From NCBI RefSeq assembly GCF_009914755.1, contig NC_060939.1: 64,000 bases of DNA; one strand, 5' to 3'. The notes beneath the pieces are model-generated. The model saw only the letters and a program-made list of their open reading frames with translations, was not told where the DNA came from and made no database searches. The stretch is from the human T2T-CHM13v2.0 reference genome, Homo sapiens. Both the position numbers and the translations under genes were made by a program. Below are positions 1 through 15,229 of the stretch, in pieces. Position 1 is the stretch's first letter; every line of letters begins with the position of its first letter.

Positions 1-242
1 CTGTACTTTTTTATGTTTAGATACCCAAATACTTACCATTGTGTCCCAACTGCCTATAGTATTCAGTACAGTAACATGCTATACAGGTTTGTAGCCTAAG
101 AGCAATAGGCTATACCACATAACCTGGGTAGTATATATAGTAGGCTATGCCATCTAGGGTTGTGTACACTCTATGATGTTCACACAACAAAATCACCCTA
201 TTCTCAGAACATACCCTGTTGTTAAGTAATGACACATGACTG
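1..242 (+). mobile_element. Tigger3-family DNA transposon, 3' part
   Basis: Tigger3a/b-like sequence (cagtacagtaacatgctatacaggtttgtagcct...aggctataccacat) ending ...catgactg followed by TA. Confidence 0.8.
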
Positions 243-244
243 TA

Positions 245-460
245 ACTGGAATCATACAATATGTAGTCTTCTCGATTGGTTTCTTTCATTTAACATAACG
301 TTTTCGAGGCTCATCCATGTAGAAAACATATATTTCTTTTTATTGGCAATATTGCATTATATGGATATACCACACTTTATTTATTCATTTCTCAGCTGAC
401 AGATATTTGGGTTACTTCCACTTTTTGGCTATCATGAATAATGCTGATAAAACTTTCATA
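245..460 (-). mobile_element. Old L1M (MB/ME) 3' fragment
   Basis: Antisense L1 3' motifs (tggaatcatacaatatgtagtc, ttccactttttggctatcatgaataatgctg). Confidence 0.7.
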
Positions 461-502
461 GTAGTACCATACATGGTAGTAAAGAGCCTATATCACTCAA
501 AT

Positions 503-800
503 TCTTTTCTTTTTTTTTTTTTTTTTGAGACAGGGTCTCACCCAGGCTGGAGTGCAGTGGCACAGTTACAACTCACTGCAGCCTCGATGTCCCAGGCTCA
601 AGTGATCTTCTCACCTCAGCCTCTTGAGTAGCTGGGACCACAAGCGCGCAACACCTCGCCCAGCTAATTTTTGTATTTTTTGTAGAAACAGGGTTTTGCC
701 ATGTTGCCTAGGCTGGTGTCTAACTCATGGGCTCAAGTAATACACCTGCCTCAGCCTCCCAAAGTGCTGAGATTACAAGTGTGAGCCACTGTGCCCAGCT
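503..800 (-). mobile_element. AluJ
   Basis: poly-T then gagacagggtctcac...ggctcaagtgat; dimeric. Confidence 0.9.
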
Positions 801-1280
801 CAAATTATTTCAAAGGTGTGGAAGGCAAAATTTCTTTAAAACACCTGTGCTATTCAAGGTGCCATCCTAGAAGCAGAGTGACCAAGGCGCTAACTTACTG
901 ATCTTGAACTTCCCAGACTGTGGGAAATACATTTCTGTTCTTCATTTTTTTTAGTGTGCTAGTTGTAGGAAACCATCAGTTAGATTTAAATGGTGGCAAT
1001 AAAAATGATGCAGATTTGGTAACATGTTTTGTCATTTATACTGAGTTGAGAATTTAAAGGTTTAGAGTTCACTTTACTACTATTTATTTGTAGCTTGTCA
1101 TTTTTCCTTTCATGCCTGTACTGCTTTTAGCTCTATTAGTTCTCAACTTAGTCTTTAAAAAAATGGACCTATTTTTTACCTTCATTAGCTTCGACAAGAA
1201 AACCCATAATTACTACTGCCCATTAGAACTAAATGGATGGTGAGTATTTACCACACAATTTCTTCTTATTAAGCTCACTA

Positions 1281-1538
1281 CAGTTGCCCCTTGGGGACTG
1301 GTTCCAGGAACCCCCACAGATACCACAATCCAAATGTTCAAGTCCCTTATATAAAATAGAGTAGTATTTGCATATAAGCTAGCACGTCCTCCTATATACT
1401 TTATCTTTCTGGGTTACTTATAATACCTAATACAATGTAAATGTATGTAAATGGTTGTTTAACTGTATTGGTTTTTTATTATTTTTTCTTGTTTTTTTCC
1501 TAAACATTTTCCATCCACAGTTGGTTGAATCCATGGCT
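1281..1538 (+). mobile_element. MER2 (Tigger-type) DNA transposon
   Basis: cagttgccc...ggttccaggaaccccc...agtcccttatataaaat...gttggttgaatcc; flanked by TA. Confidence 0.8.
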
Positions 1539-1729
1539 GTACGATGTTTTAAAAAGTACGGTTACATTCTGTTTCCTAAGAAAACACTTAACTGTATTTT
1601 TCTGTTTACAAATGGGTCTGATACCCAATAATTAAAATTATTTTAATAAGCCAAATTCTTCATGCATAGAAAGACGAACTAATACCACATATGTGCTCAA
1701 AAATAAATAAATAAATAAATGTGGGGTTT

Positions 1730-2260
1730 CCCTTTAAGGATAGAGTCTAAACTCCTAAAAGGCTAAAACTGACTCTCTAAGAACTGTTCCCTGCCATATC
1801 TCCAGCCTCATTGCCACTACTCTTTAAACCCACCCTGCATGCAGTAACAGAGGCCTGCTTGTGTTTGCCTGTACATATTGCACTCTTTGCTTCCCTGTCT
1901 TTGCTCCTGCTGCTTCGTCTAGAAGGCCTCCTACAACCATCCTTCACCTGCCTCATTCTGATTTTTAAAATAATTGGTTCAGTGGTCACCTCCTCTAGGA
2001 AGGCTTAATAAATGTGGTTCCAGCCTCTCACTGACCCCTCCCCTATCACCAGTAACATAATCACAAGTTAAGTATACTTCCCTCTGGACTCCCGTGGTGT
2101 GTAAGATCTCTGCACTTACTGACTCCAACTGTACTTATCCTTTGAGAAGTATGTCTTCACCTCTAAACTGTGAGGCAAAGTTCTGCCACCGATTCTACAC
2201 AACTAGTACTGGGACTGAAAATACAAAGCTGCTTAATAAATGTTTTTAGTTTGCTGATGA
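1730..2260 (+). mobile_element. L2 3' fragment
   Basis: tcacctcctctaggaaggc, taaactgtgaggc, ttaataaatgttt: degenerate L2 3' end. Confidence 0.55.
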
Positions 2261-2271
2261 AATACATTAGC

Positions 2272-2530
2272 CATTCTCAAACTTTTTGGTCTCAGGACCC
2301 CTTTACACTGCTAAAAATGACTGAGAACATCAATGAGCTTTGTTTATGTGGATGATATATGGTATATTTTTACCATTTTAGATGTTTAAACTGAGAAATT
2401 TTTAAAATATGCATCAATTCAAGAAAAGAAAAGTTAATAAATAACCCTTAGCATTTTTTGAAAATATCTGTGACTCCAAGGACTCTCTGAAAGGGTGTCA
2501 GGGACCACCCAGGGCCCCAGCACAATGGTA
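2272..2530 (+). mobile_element. hAT DNA transposon remnant (Arthur1/MER69-like)
   Basis: ttctcaaactttttggtctcaggacccctttacact...; end ctctgaaagggtgtcagggaccacccaggg. Confidence 0.55.
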
Positions 2531-3440
2531 TTGTGGGTTGTTTGTTTCACAAATTACAAAATGTATTTTCATTCACAAACGAAATATTTGAGAAGGTTGA
2601 TAGGCAAATGAAAAGATATAAAGGAAGGGAAGGGGGATACAACCTTAACCATAGCTAGAGAAAATAGCTGAGGACAGAGAGGCAAAGCCAAGGAAGAGTG
2701 GTAATAAAGTAGTATAAACATCACCAGTCTTAGGAAAAATAATAAAGAAGCTAAAAGTAATTCTGCACCAACAAAACCAAAAACAGGAACGACACAGAAG
2801 GACAAAAGTCTGAACGAAACCTTAAGTAAAAATTGATCTTTTGGGTAGGAAATATACCACTTTAACAATTCTATTCCACACAACTCCCATCTTTTTATCT
2901 TTCTCAGTCCTCATATGCTCTTTATTACACATCTCTTCTGCCTCTTTTGGATATCTATTCTCTCTTGATTTGTAGTTATCAGCCGAAAAATGCTGCTCAA
3001 AGGTTATATGATTAGAGGGGGGAAAGCAACAGCTCTCATGAAGCTGCATGATTGGAATTCAACTGATAAATTTTTTAACATTCCATTAAAATATAAAAAA
3101 TGTTAATGAGATTTTAAAATTAGAAATGCTGAAGTTATTTTTACATGCTGAAAATACATTAAAAATTACTGTTCTTAAAATATGCTGCATAAAGGCCAGG
3201 ATTGGAAAGTAATTTGGATTTGGCTATTGTGCTAGGGTGGTAGAATTACAGATGATTTAAATTACTTCTTTAATTTTGTTATATCATTGCTCCTACAGCA
3301 ACAAAAGCCACAGAAATATGACAATTAATTCTCAATTTCCATATGCCTTTGGTCCTTTCTACAGACTTTTCAGGGATGTGCAATTGGTTTGGATTTTGTT
3401 AAGTAGTCATGTGCACTGAGGTCAAAAGCTTAAAGTCTAG

Positions 3441-3630
3441 ACCAGGGGTAAACAAATTATAGACTAAACCAAACTGAGCCCTCATACAGTTTTTGTATAG
3501 CCCTCAAGCTAAGAATGGTTTCTTACATTTTTAAAAGGTATAAAAACAAAACAAAATTAAAAAAGAATAATAGACAAAAGAAATTGTAAATAGTCTGCTA
3601 AACTGAAAATACTTACTGTCTGGACTTTTA
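3441..3630 (+). mobile_element. MER58A (hAT-Charlie), interrupted by an Alu cluster; terminus resumes ~4444-4465
   Basis: aagctaagaatggtttcttacattttt...aaaatacttactgtctggacttt; after the Alus, aaatgtttgccaa. Confidence 0.65.
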
Positions 3631-3647
3631 TTTTTAACAGTCTCCCT

Positions 3648-4443
<796 letters not shown>

Positions 4444-4699
4444 TGTTTGCCAATGCCATTGCCAGATATAAAGCATTTCAGCTTAGTGCCCAGCCCATAA
4501 TATGTACTCAATAAAATGTTAGATACTATTGTGATATTATTGCTGTCTTCTATTATCATTAATGGTTATGTTCCTTGAATAATTTTTTAATTTCTAAAAT
4601 TGGTCTCATCACATTAACTATGAAGTATCAGTGCCACTGTTTGCTCTTTGCATTCTTTTCATCCAGCTTTTTCTTATATATCTTGATCTCTCCTTTCTT

Positions 4700-5915
4700 T
4701 TACTGTGGTAAAATACATATAACATAAAATTTACCATTTTTCTCCTTCATTTTTGAAAGACATTTCCACTGGTTATAGAATTCTGGGTTGACAGAATATT
4801 TTCCCATTTAAATATGTCACCTATTATCTTCTGGTTTGCAAGGTTTCTTTCTCTTCTTTCCTTCTTTCTTTGCTTCCTTTTTTATTTCTTTTTAGTTAAT
4901 AAATTTTGTTTTTTTTAAGAGCAATTTGGGGTTCACAGCAGAATTGAGCAGAAAGTACAGAGTTCCCATATACTCCCCTACCCCCTACATGAAACCCACC
5001 CCCAACTATTGACATCCCACCCTACGGTGGTACATTTGTTATAATCAATACATTGATTATGAACCTACATTGACATACCATTATCACCCAAAGTCCATAG
5101 TTCACATTAGGGTTCACTCTTGGTAGTGTACTTTCTCTGGGTTTTGAAAAGTGTACAATGACGTATATCCATCACTGTCATATGATACAGAAGAGTTTTA
5201 CTGCCCTAAAAATCCTCTTTGCTCTACCTAAGTTCCCTCCTTCTTTCCTAACCCCTGGAAACCACTGATCATTACTGTCTCAATAGTTTTTCCTTTTCCA
5301 GAATGTCATATAGTTGAAATCATATAGTATACAACCTGATTGGTTTCTTTCACTTTGTAAAATGCCTTTAAGTTTCCTCCATGTCTTTTCATGGCTTGAT
5401 AACACAGTTCTTTTTAGTGCTAAGTGTACCATGGTTTATTTATTTATTCACCTTCTTGTAACTTTGTGTATTTACTGTAAATTTTTTGTATGTAATTTTT
5501 TTGTATTTATTCACCTTCTTGTAAAATAACCTCCTTTCTTCTGAAGAACATTTTGGTTGCTTCCAAGTTTTGACAATTATGGATAAAGCTGTTATAAACA
5601 TCCACAGGCAGTTTTTGTTTTTTTAGAGACAGGGTCTTGCTATGTTGCCCAGGCTGGAGCACAGTAGATATTCACAGGCATTTATAGCTTACTACAGCCT
5701 CAAACTCCTGGGCTCAAGCAATCCCTCTGCCTCAGCCTCCTGAGTAGCTGGGACTGCAGGCCCACAGCACCATGCCCAGCTACGTGCAGGCTTCTGTGTG
5801 GATGTAAGTTTTCAGTTCATTTGGGTAAATACCAAGGAGTGTGATTGCTAGATTATATAGTAAGAGTATCTTCAGGTTTGTAATAAACTGCTTGCAAGGT
5901 TTCTGAGAAGTCTAC
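4700..5915 (-). mobile_element. L1M (MC/MD-like) 3' end, antisense
   Basis: ggttcacagcagaattgagcagaaagtacagagttccc, cattatcacccaaagtccatagtt, tttgggtaaataccaaggag. Confidence 0.8.
5612..5781 (-). mobile_element. FAM-like fossil Alu monomer
   Basis: ctatgttgcccaggctggagcacagtagatattcacaggc (7SL/FAM-type segment). Confidence 0.7.
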
Positions 5916-6204
5916 TTTTTGCAGGACTTCATATATTTCACAACTGCAGTACAGACAGTCCTCAATTTACTACCATTCAACACAGTAAATCACTGATACA
6001 ATCCTCTGGCAACTACTTTCCATTACCTCTCTTAACACAGAAAAAGTGTGGACCATCTCTACTTTTCCATTATAATCCATCTCTAGCTTCAATATTTTTT
6101 CACCGTTCTAGCTACTGCTAACCCTGAAACTCTCAAAGGTTAGCATTTTCTAATCCCTTTAATGAAGCCATGCTCTAGCACTTCCTTGCCTTATGATCTT
6201 CCTC

Positions 6205-6310
6205 AGATTACTGAATCTCTCTAAACTTGTTTCCCCATTTGCAAAATGAAGATAATAGTGTGAGAAATTAAATGAGAAAATGTATAATCTTTGAAAAGTG
6301 CTTGCCTATT
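6205..6310 (+). mobile_element. MIR fragment
   Basis: tgtttccccatttgcaaaatgaagataatag core. Confidence 0.6.
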
Positions 6311-7276
6311 ATTGCCCTTTTCTATCACTAATAGCTGATTAAATATTACATTTATAACCAATTTTATAAAGACTCGGATATCTCTCCCCCAGTTAAGCAT
6401 ACAACTCTATTATAATGCTACTTCCAAAGGAAAACCAAATTAAACTTAAGAAAACCACTTCCATTTAATTAAAATGCCTTTTCCAGAAATTCAACCTGCT
6501 GTAAATATGAGGTTCTCCTATGAACTACAAAATCTTTCCTTTCTTATTTTAACTCTCATGTATACATATATATGTAACATACATATATGTGTGTGCTTCT
6601 ATATATATGAACCTGATGATTCGTGACTGCTCCTGAACATCTGGCCTTCCATCTGCAACAGGGACAGTGCCAGATTCAATGCTTAGCTAATTTTTTCTTG
6701 AACAGACTCCATTACTCACTCATATATTTCACTGACTCTGAAAGAACCAAGCAAATGATCTGATGGTTTTGGTAATTAAAAAACTTCCTGCCAGCACGCA
6801 TTTTCAGCAATTGTCAAAAGTATTCCAGGGTGATAAACTGCTCCTGCAAGGGCCCGATCAATTTATTTCTCTTGATCATCAGGTTCAAGGGACTTGTCTA
6901 TAAAACAATGTCCCTAAGAATATTTTAAAGCAACTGCTAGTATCCTTGGAAGGCTCACTGCGTATGCATTCCTTCATAACAGAAAAGTCTCAGGCTGAAA
7001 AAGGACTCATAACTTTCTCTCAACTCCAAAACATTTAAAGTTGTTCTTAATCACCCAATCGGAACCCTTTGAAGAAGCAGAGCAAGAAGCGTCTTGTTTC
7101 TAATCTCTGCAAAAGAAATAGATGCTACTCCTAGTACTCTCTCCATTCTTAGTCATTTGAGGTGCACGAAGGAGCTAGGGAATATTGGTTGGTGACAGTC
7201 ACCAATCAGTATTTCAAAAGTCAACACGAGGAAACCCATACGCCAAAACTGATTTGTTGAATACTTCTCTCTTTTC

Positions 7277-7566
7277 CTTTTTTTTTTTTTCTGAGACAGA
7301 GTCTCGTGCTGTCGCCCAGGCTGGAATGCAGCGGCACCACCTCGGCAACCTCCGCCTCCCGGGTTCACGCCATTCTCCTGCCTCAGCCTCCCGAGTAGCT
7401 GGGACTACAGGTGCCCGCCACCACATCCGGCTAATTTTTTGTATTTTTAGTAGAGACGGGGTTTCACCGTGTTAGCCAGGATGGTCTCCATCTCCTGACC
7501 TCGTGATCCGCCCACCTCGGCCTCCCAAAGTGCTGATATTACAGGCGTGAGCCACAGCGCCTGGCC
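7277..7566 (-). mobile_element. AluY/Sc
   Basis: Dimeric; TSD aatacttctctcttttc on both sides. Confidence 0.92.
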
Positions 7567-7840
7567 AAATACTTCTCTCTTTTCATATAAAAATGTCAGA
7601 AGTCCCTGGAGATAGAAGTATATCTTATTTTTGTATTTTAAAGTTGTGCTATATTGCTTAAGTGCACAGGAATTATAGTGAACTTATACTAGAAGTTTTA
7701 TTTAAAAATTCCTGTTATATGGTTTTAGAAATCATTTTAAGAGAATAAAAGCCTGAAGGGACTGTTAAGAACTCCTTATATTATTTGTGTACTATTTTAA
7801 AACTCATAATTCAATCTTTCTAATTTTTAAAAAATACTGA

Positions 7841-8318
<478 letters not shown>

Positions 8319-8744
8319 ACCTTCACTGATTTTTTCCTTTCATATTTCTCTTTATAAGTCTTCTATTAAAATGAAAATGCTTCAGAGATAAGTTAAGCTT
8401 CATTAGTGAATACCTTTGTATTTAGCCAGATGAGAAGGGGGTCTTATAGGAATGGTTCTACATAAAACCTTTCTTTAACTTTTGCCCTTCTATCTGCAGC
8501 TGTCCCAGAGAAGATCAAAGGGTACCAAACTTGCAGGATTCTCCCTCACAAACAGGGTATGACTATATCCCCAAGAACACCTCTTGACAAGCTCTATGCC
8601 ACTTATACCAAATAGGGTGACCCTGCTTTCCCGGTAGGAGCAAAGAAAGAAATTTCAAAAGAAACAATCTGCATTGTAGGGTTTTGCTCCCTTCTCATTT
8701 CGCATCACTAAGTCCACTGCCTGATTCTACTGCTTATCTTGGAA

Positions 8745-9330
8745 ACATGGACTTTGAAGTCAGAAAATCTCACTTTAATTCCCAACCCTGTTACTTAATA
8801 GCTTTGTTTTTCACTTTTTAATTTTTGTGGGTACACAGTAGGTGTATATATTTATGGGGTATATGAGACACTTGATATCTCTCATGAGGTACATGATATG
8901 AGCATGCAATGTGTAATAATCATATTATGGTAAATGGGGTATTCACCCTCTCTGGCATTTATCCTTTGTGTTACAAACAATCTAATTATATACTCCTTTA
9001 GTTATTTTTAAATGCACAATTAAATTATTATTGACTGTAGCCACTCTGTTGTGCTATCAAATACTAGGTCTTATTCATTCTTTCTAACAACTTTTTGTGC
9101 CCATTAACCATTCCCGCTTCCCCTCCTCCCCACTTCTACCTTTCCCAGCCTCTAGTAATCATCTTACTAGCTTTTTGACCTTGAAAAAGTCACTTATATT
9201 CTCTGATCATCAGTTTCTTTGTTTTTAAAAATGGGAATCACGACACCCTCGCAGATAACTGACACAGGGTCTGAACTGGATAAAACAACATGATATATGT
9301 GAACTTTATTTGCATAACTATGAAATATTA
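8745..9330 (+). mobile_element. MIR split by an L1MA insertion
   Basis: atggactttgaagtcagaa...; resumes gaccttgaaaaagtcactt...cagtttcttt. Confidence 0.55.
8812..9165 (-). mobile_element. L1MA2/3-like 3' end
   Basis: ttttaatttttgtgggtacacagtaggtgtatatatttatgggg; ttgtgctatcaaatactaggtcttattcattc. Confidence 0.85.
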
Positions 9331-10199
9331 AACAAACACCAGATTAATCGACATATGAGAACAAAGTATACTCAGAATTTAGAAGACAAAACTAAACATG
9401 AATCTAGAAAGGGTAAACATATAATGGATGGTATCTCTATCTATAACAGTCGTCCACCATAAAAAGACCATTTGAGTTCCTCTAGCCCAAGTCCAATAAG
9501 GTAATTAGGTATTTCAGAAAAAAAAATGACATATATAAAGACATAACCTAATGATACTGAAATTCATATAAAGAATGTATTAACAGAAGACAGTAGTATA
9601 AATGGAGTTTTTAGAAAGAAGGAGGGGGTTATAAAAAGAATTTCGCAGTATTCACCCAACACTGTCCAAGGAAAATGGATACTGACTCAGCAGGCATTAT
9701 GATTTTGAGAGACAAATGTTTTGTACTATAAAGCAAACTTAATACATCAGTCCTCGCTAAGGTATAATGAAATCTCCTTCAAAACTACTGCTTCCTTTAT
9801 TCTGAGTCTGTGTTCACCAAGCCACTTTCTGATTACTAACTGGATCAGCAAGAATAAAAACCAGACCTAAACTGACAAGATCTCCACAGGGACACTATGA
9901 GGCTCTGTAGGTAGAAGGCCAGCATTTCTTCTGACTTCTCTATTGACTCCTCTTTCTAGCTTCAACATTAGCTATTTTTATTGTGAAGGCACTTTGCATA
10001 TTTATCAAGAGCCATGTAACTGTTCTCATTTTTTTGACTCTATACTTCTGCTTCCAGGTTATAATGCCAATGTGAAAGAATATGTTTACAAAGTTGAAAA
10101 TCACAGAATTATATACACTTTTAAAAAGAAAGAAATCTGATAATTGTAGTACCCTTATTCCATGAATATTTCATAATACTTTAAAATAATGATTTATAT

Positions 10200-10560
10200 A
10201 GTAGGGGTCACAAACTCAAACACCTACAGGATCAGGAAAGAAGCAATAAAGAGAAAAGTAGACTGGCTTGAGAGATTATAAAGAATGACGAAGACTGTGG
10301 CCAACTACTAGCTAACAAGGGCAGCCACTACTCAGCACTGGTCATTTACTGCCACAGAGGAATGTGGACCCAAAGTTGTTAAATCTTCTGATTTTTCAAG
10401 AGAAGCTACAAGTCAGGAACTCTTCCTGAAATAGCTTTACTTTCAAACATTGGCAATTAATTCACTTTTTAAAAAAAACTGAGTAAGCTAATATTATGAA
10501 GACCAAACAAAACATTTCTATAGCCTGATCTGGCCTGGAGTCTACCAGTTTGAATTCTGT
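10200..10560 (+). mobile_element. MER102-like hAT element
   Basis: aggggtcacaaactcaaacacctacagg...tcttctgatttttcaagagaagc. Confidence 0.55.
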
Positions 10561-11585
10561 TCTGCAACTCTGAAAAATGCTTATGTTATATAAAAAACAC
10601 TAATATTGGAACATAAGTCAAATTATATAAATACAACATACTCTTCTCATAAACAGATACATAAAAACTATCTACATGCGTTACATGTAATACATGTAAT
10701 AAGCCAGTAATAAATTCTGTTATCAACATCAACTTTTATCTCCATAAAAACAGTAGTTTTCTGCACTACTCAAACATATATGTCACATTGCATTTTATTC
10801 TTTTAATCTTGGATCAACTTGCAAAATAAACTTAACATATTCTATAGTTTTAAGTATACTTCAGCTGGAAATGCGTTTCTTTACAGTAAAGAAAACTAGA
10901 AATAATGTTCAGATCTTTAATAACATTTTGAGTCAATCATACATAGGGATGATATTATATGAAACTACAGATACATATATGTAAAATAATAAAAACTAAG
11001 ACTGGGTTGAGATGATAGACTTTATGCACATAACTGAACCCCTTTCCATCCTAAATCCAGTAAAATGAAATACTTAAAAGAATAAATTCAAATTTTCAGT
11101 GAAAGCAAGGAAGAGTGCTAAGCAGATCACAGATTTTGAGGATTTCTCAAAGGAAAGAAAGCATGTGGAATCAGATCAGAGAAACAAGATCAGAGGAAAT
11201 CTGAGTTCTAAACATTTGTAGGAAAAAACTGCTACAAAGGTAGGTGCAGTTTCAGGCAGCTGCAAACGTAGAGTCAATTGAATAAGGAGCAGATGCAAAT
11301 TCTGAGGCAATCATCAGGATAAGAAAGCATCCAGGGTACAACAAGGCAGGTCCTTTCTTTCTCTGGATTATGCTAATAAGCAGCTGACTGATCAAAGCAA
11401 CTAATGTGAGCACTGGAGTCCAACCTATTGCTTGTTAATAATTCAGGCCCTGTTCTGTCACCCCTATTTGATTGCCAGCCTTCCTCAAAATGACAGTTGC
11501 TCAGATGAATGCTAACCAGGGGAAGGAGTGCGATAAGGAAGAGGAGGAAAGATGATTTATTAGGGGAGATGGAATAATGTTTCAG

Positions 11586-11672
11586 AATATATCTATATAC
11601 AACTATATATATTTTATATACATATACAACTATATATATTATATATATATAGAGAGAGAGAGAGAGGGAGAG
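11586..11672. repeat. (TA)n/(GA)n microsatellite
   Basis: Seen directly. Confidence 0.9.
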
Positions 11673-11843
11673 TTTTGTTTTGTTTTGTTTTTAAGAGACA
11701 GGGTCTGGCTGTTTCACTCTTTGCCCAGGCTGGAGGGCAGTGATACAATCATAGCTCACTTTAACTCTGAAATCCTGGGCTCAAGTGATCCCCCTACCTC
11801 AGCCTCTGGGGCAGCTGGGACTAAGGACGCCACCACACCCAGC
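11672..11843 (-). mobile_element. FRAM/AluJ right arm
   Basis: Single right arm. Confidence 0.8.
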
Positions 11844-12222
11844 TCCAAATATATTTCTTTGGCTTTAACAACTGGCAGAGCCTGTGTCCTGACTACAGGG
11901 CTACAACAGCCAGAGAAAGGGTACATTTTGAAAACTGTCACAAAAGCATCTGAAGATGTCAAGTAGACATGTTGTTGCCAGCATAATACACTTTCATTAA
12001 CTGGCTAAAGGGTTAAACAAGGAACCGGTTGTCTGCAACAGGTTAGGGTTGGGAGAGAGGGAGAAGGGTCAGCACTATCTCCTTTATGCCCCTCGCTCCC
12101 CAGTGTTGGTTACCAATCTTTTCTGTCTGCATCATTCCTCCCTTGGGCTCAGAAAACAGAATTCTTGGATCCTCAAAGAAACTTCATGTAACCTTACAAA
12201 ATTTATTAAAGTGTGACTGCAC

Positions 12223-12602
<380 letters not shown>

Positions 12603-13400
12603 TTAATTTGCCTTCACTGCCCTCTAATGAAAGTTCTCTTTGGACTATCCACTTTCCCAGGACTTACTGTGATTCAGAATCAAGAGAATGAGTGGTAGAG
12701 AAAGGCAGGACTGAAGAGCTAAGAAGAAAGAAGAAAATATTCCTGCTTGCTCAGTTTCTGAACTTACCTTTGTAGAGAATCTGAGTAATGGGCAAGGAAT
12801 CGAGAAAAATTAGAGAATAAGCCAAAAAGACTAAGTCTGCCCATCTAATAAAGAGTTGGGGAGGACAAGATGAAAGGGAAAAAAATCAGATTGGGGTAGC
12901 GGAAAGACCTCAGGCTGAGCATTTTCGGGGTTTCTGAGCAGTGCTACAATGAAAGAATTGGAGGGACGATAAAGAGATTGTAAGAAGCATTGCTATGGGT
13001 TACAACTTAGATGTTATTTAACAATCTTTGAGAAAAGCACATCAAGACTGAGATTCCTTTTAAATTCCTTCTGGATGCTGGACTGTGCTTCTTTGTATGC
13101 AATTCTGCAGAGATGGCCCACCTGGGCCTTAGCATTTATGAAGGCTAAGGCCTTAGAGAGGCCAGAGGAGGTTGAAGGGAAAGTGATATAAATACAATCA
13201 GGGGACCTAGCAGCTGGGTGTACTTCCTTTGTCCAAGATACTTATAACCTAAATTAAAATTAAAAGGAATTTCTAAATAAAACAGCAGTTTTCAATCACT
13301 AATAAATCTTCCCTCACTCTCAAAACCACTCAGCCTTTAAAGGTTTGCTTTGAGGAATTAGAGCAAGGACTAAAAACTAGTCAGTTAATCTGGATTCCAT

Positions 13401-13439
13401 TTCTTTCTTTTTTACTTTTTTTTTTTTTTTTTTTTTTTT
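13401..13439. repeat. poly-T tract
   Basis: Seen directly. Confidence 0.9.
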
Positions 13440-14202
13440 GCCACTGTTCTTTACAGGGAGAAACATTTCAAAGACTAATGAAGCTTGCTAGGGGTAGTGA
13501 TTGAGGAGGATACATGTATTCCAGTAATTCTCTTCTAATTTAAAATCAAACTATGAGGAAGAAATTAAGGAAGTAATTATGAAAACTTCTGTACTTAAAC
13601 TTCTTTAATAGCTACCAGGTAACTCCATGGTAAGGCCTACCTGAGCCAAATTTCAAAGCAGACCAAGTTAGTCCATAAGGGCTATAAAGTGTTTTCCCTT
13701 CTGGGTATATTGTATTGTACAAGGACAAAGACATCTTTAAAAGAATGTTCAGCCTTCACTAGTAAATGGAAAACACATTTTAAGGCAGATTTTAAGGGTC
13801 TTTCTGGGGCTCTAAAAATCCAGAACATATTTGTGGTCTCCTCCTCTGACCACTACAAGGCCAACTTTATTTAATACTCTGTATTATTTTAGCATAGATT
13901 TCCCATTTACCACTTCTACATCATTTTGCCTCTATATTCAATCACTTTCTTGGCCCCTATACTCACTTTTCTATGAACCTGTCTTCTTTTCATTTCCTAT
14001 CCTACCATTTCACTGTACTGATTATTACCTCAATTTATCACAGCATTTACTTCTCTTTTTAAAATTCCAATTCAAACTCAAGCCTAAAGCAGGAAATCTT
14101 CATAAACCAGCCAGTCAAAATCTCAGATTCAACCAGATCCCCCGATGGGATTCGAAAGGTATGATACACAGCTTTGTATGGAATCTGTTCTCTAAGATTT
14201 TC

Positions 14203-14726
<524 letters not shown>

Positions 14727-15229
14727 TAAGAAAACAGCACCTTTCCTCTAAAATGGCTTACCAATCTTCCCAAGATCCATGTAAAGGGAGGTAAGCAAGG
14801 CTACTGACTTCGAGACGTACAGTGACACTACCCACCATAACTTAACTGGTTCCATTCTAGGTTGTTTTTTTCTTTCTTGTTTCCAAAGTTTAAACTTTAT
14901 TTTAGGCAATCTGGTGCTTAAAATTCCCCAAGCTTAAAGTTTCTCTGGCCTTTTGGAATAAAATATCCCTGGGAGGGATATTTTAAACCCTTATTTTTAT
15001 TTCCCATGAATAAATTTCAGATCCTTTCATCAGAGCAGGTTCTGATAATAAAGGAGAGAAGGCAGTTTATGCATTAGCAATGGTTCCATCTCCTAGGAAG
15101 GATTCAGAAGGGCACATGATAGAAAAGCTGAAATCATAGAGACTGTCTACTTCTTTTTTTTTTTTTTTAAGTTTAAGGCACTGTGTGAAGACAAAAGCAC
15201 CTAACCCAGTTCTGGGTTCTGCCAGAACA

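Noticed and set aside
6611-6768. C/D snoRNA reading (TGATGA...CTGA)
   Set aside because: C box is preceded by C rather than R, the terminal stem is only ~3 bp, and no guide is recognised; not called as an RNA gene.
12768-12860. Strong minus-strand donor AAG|gtaagt
   Set aside because: No clearly paired acceptor giving a credible exon; isolated donors are common by chance.
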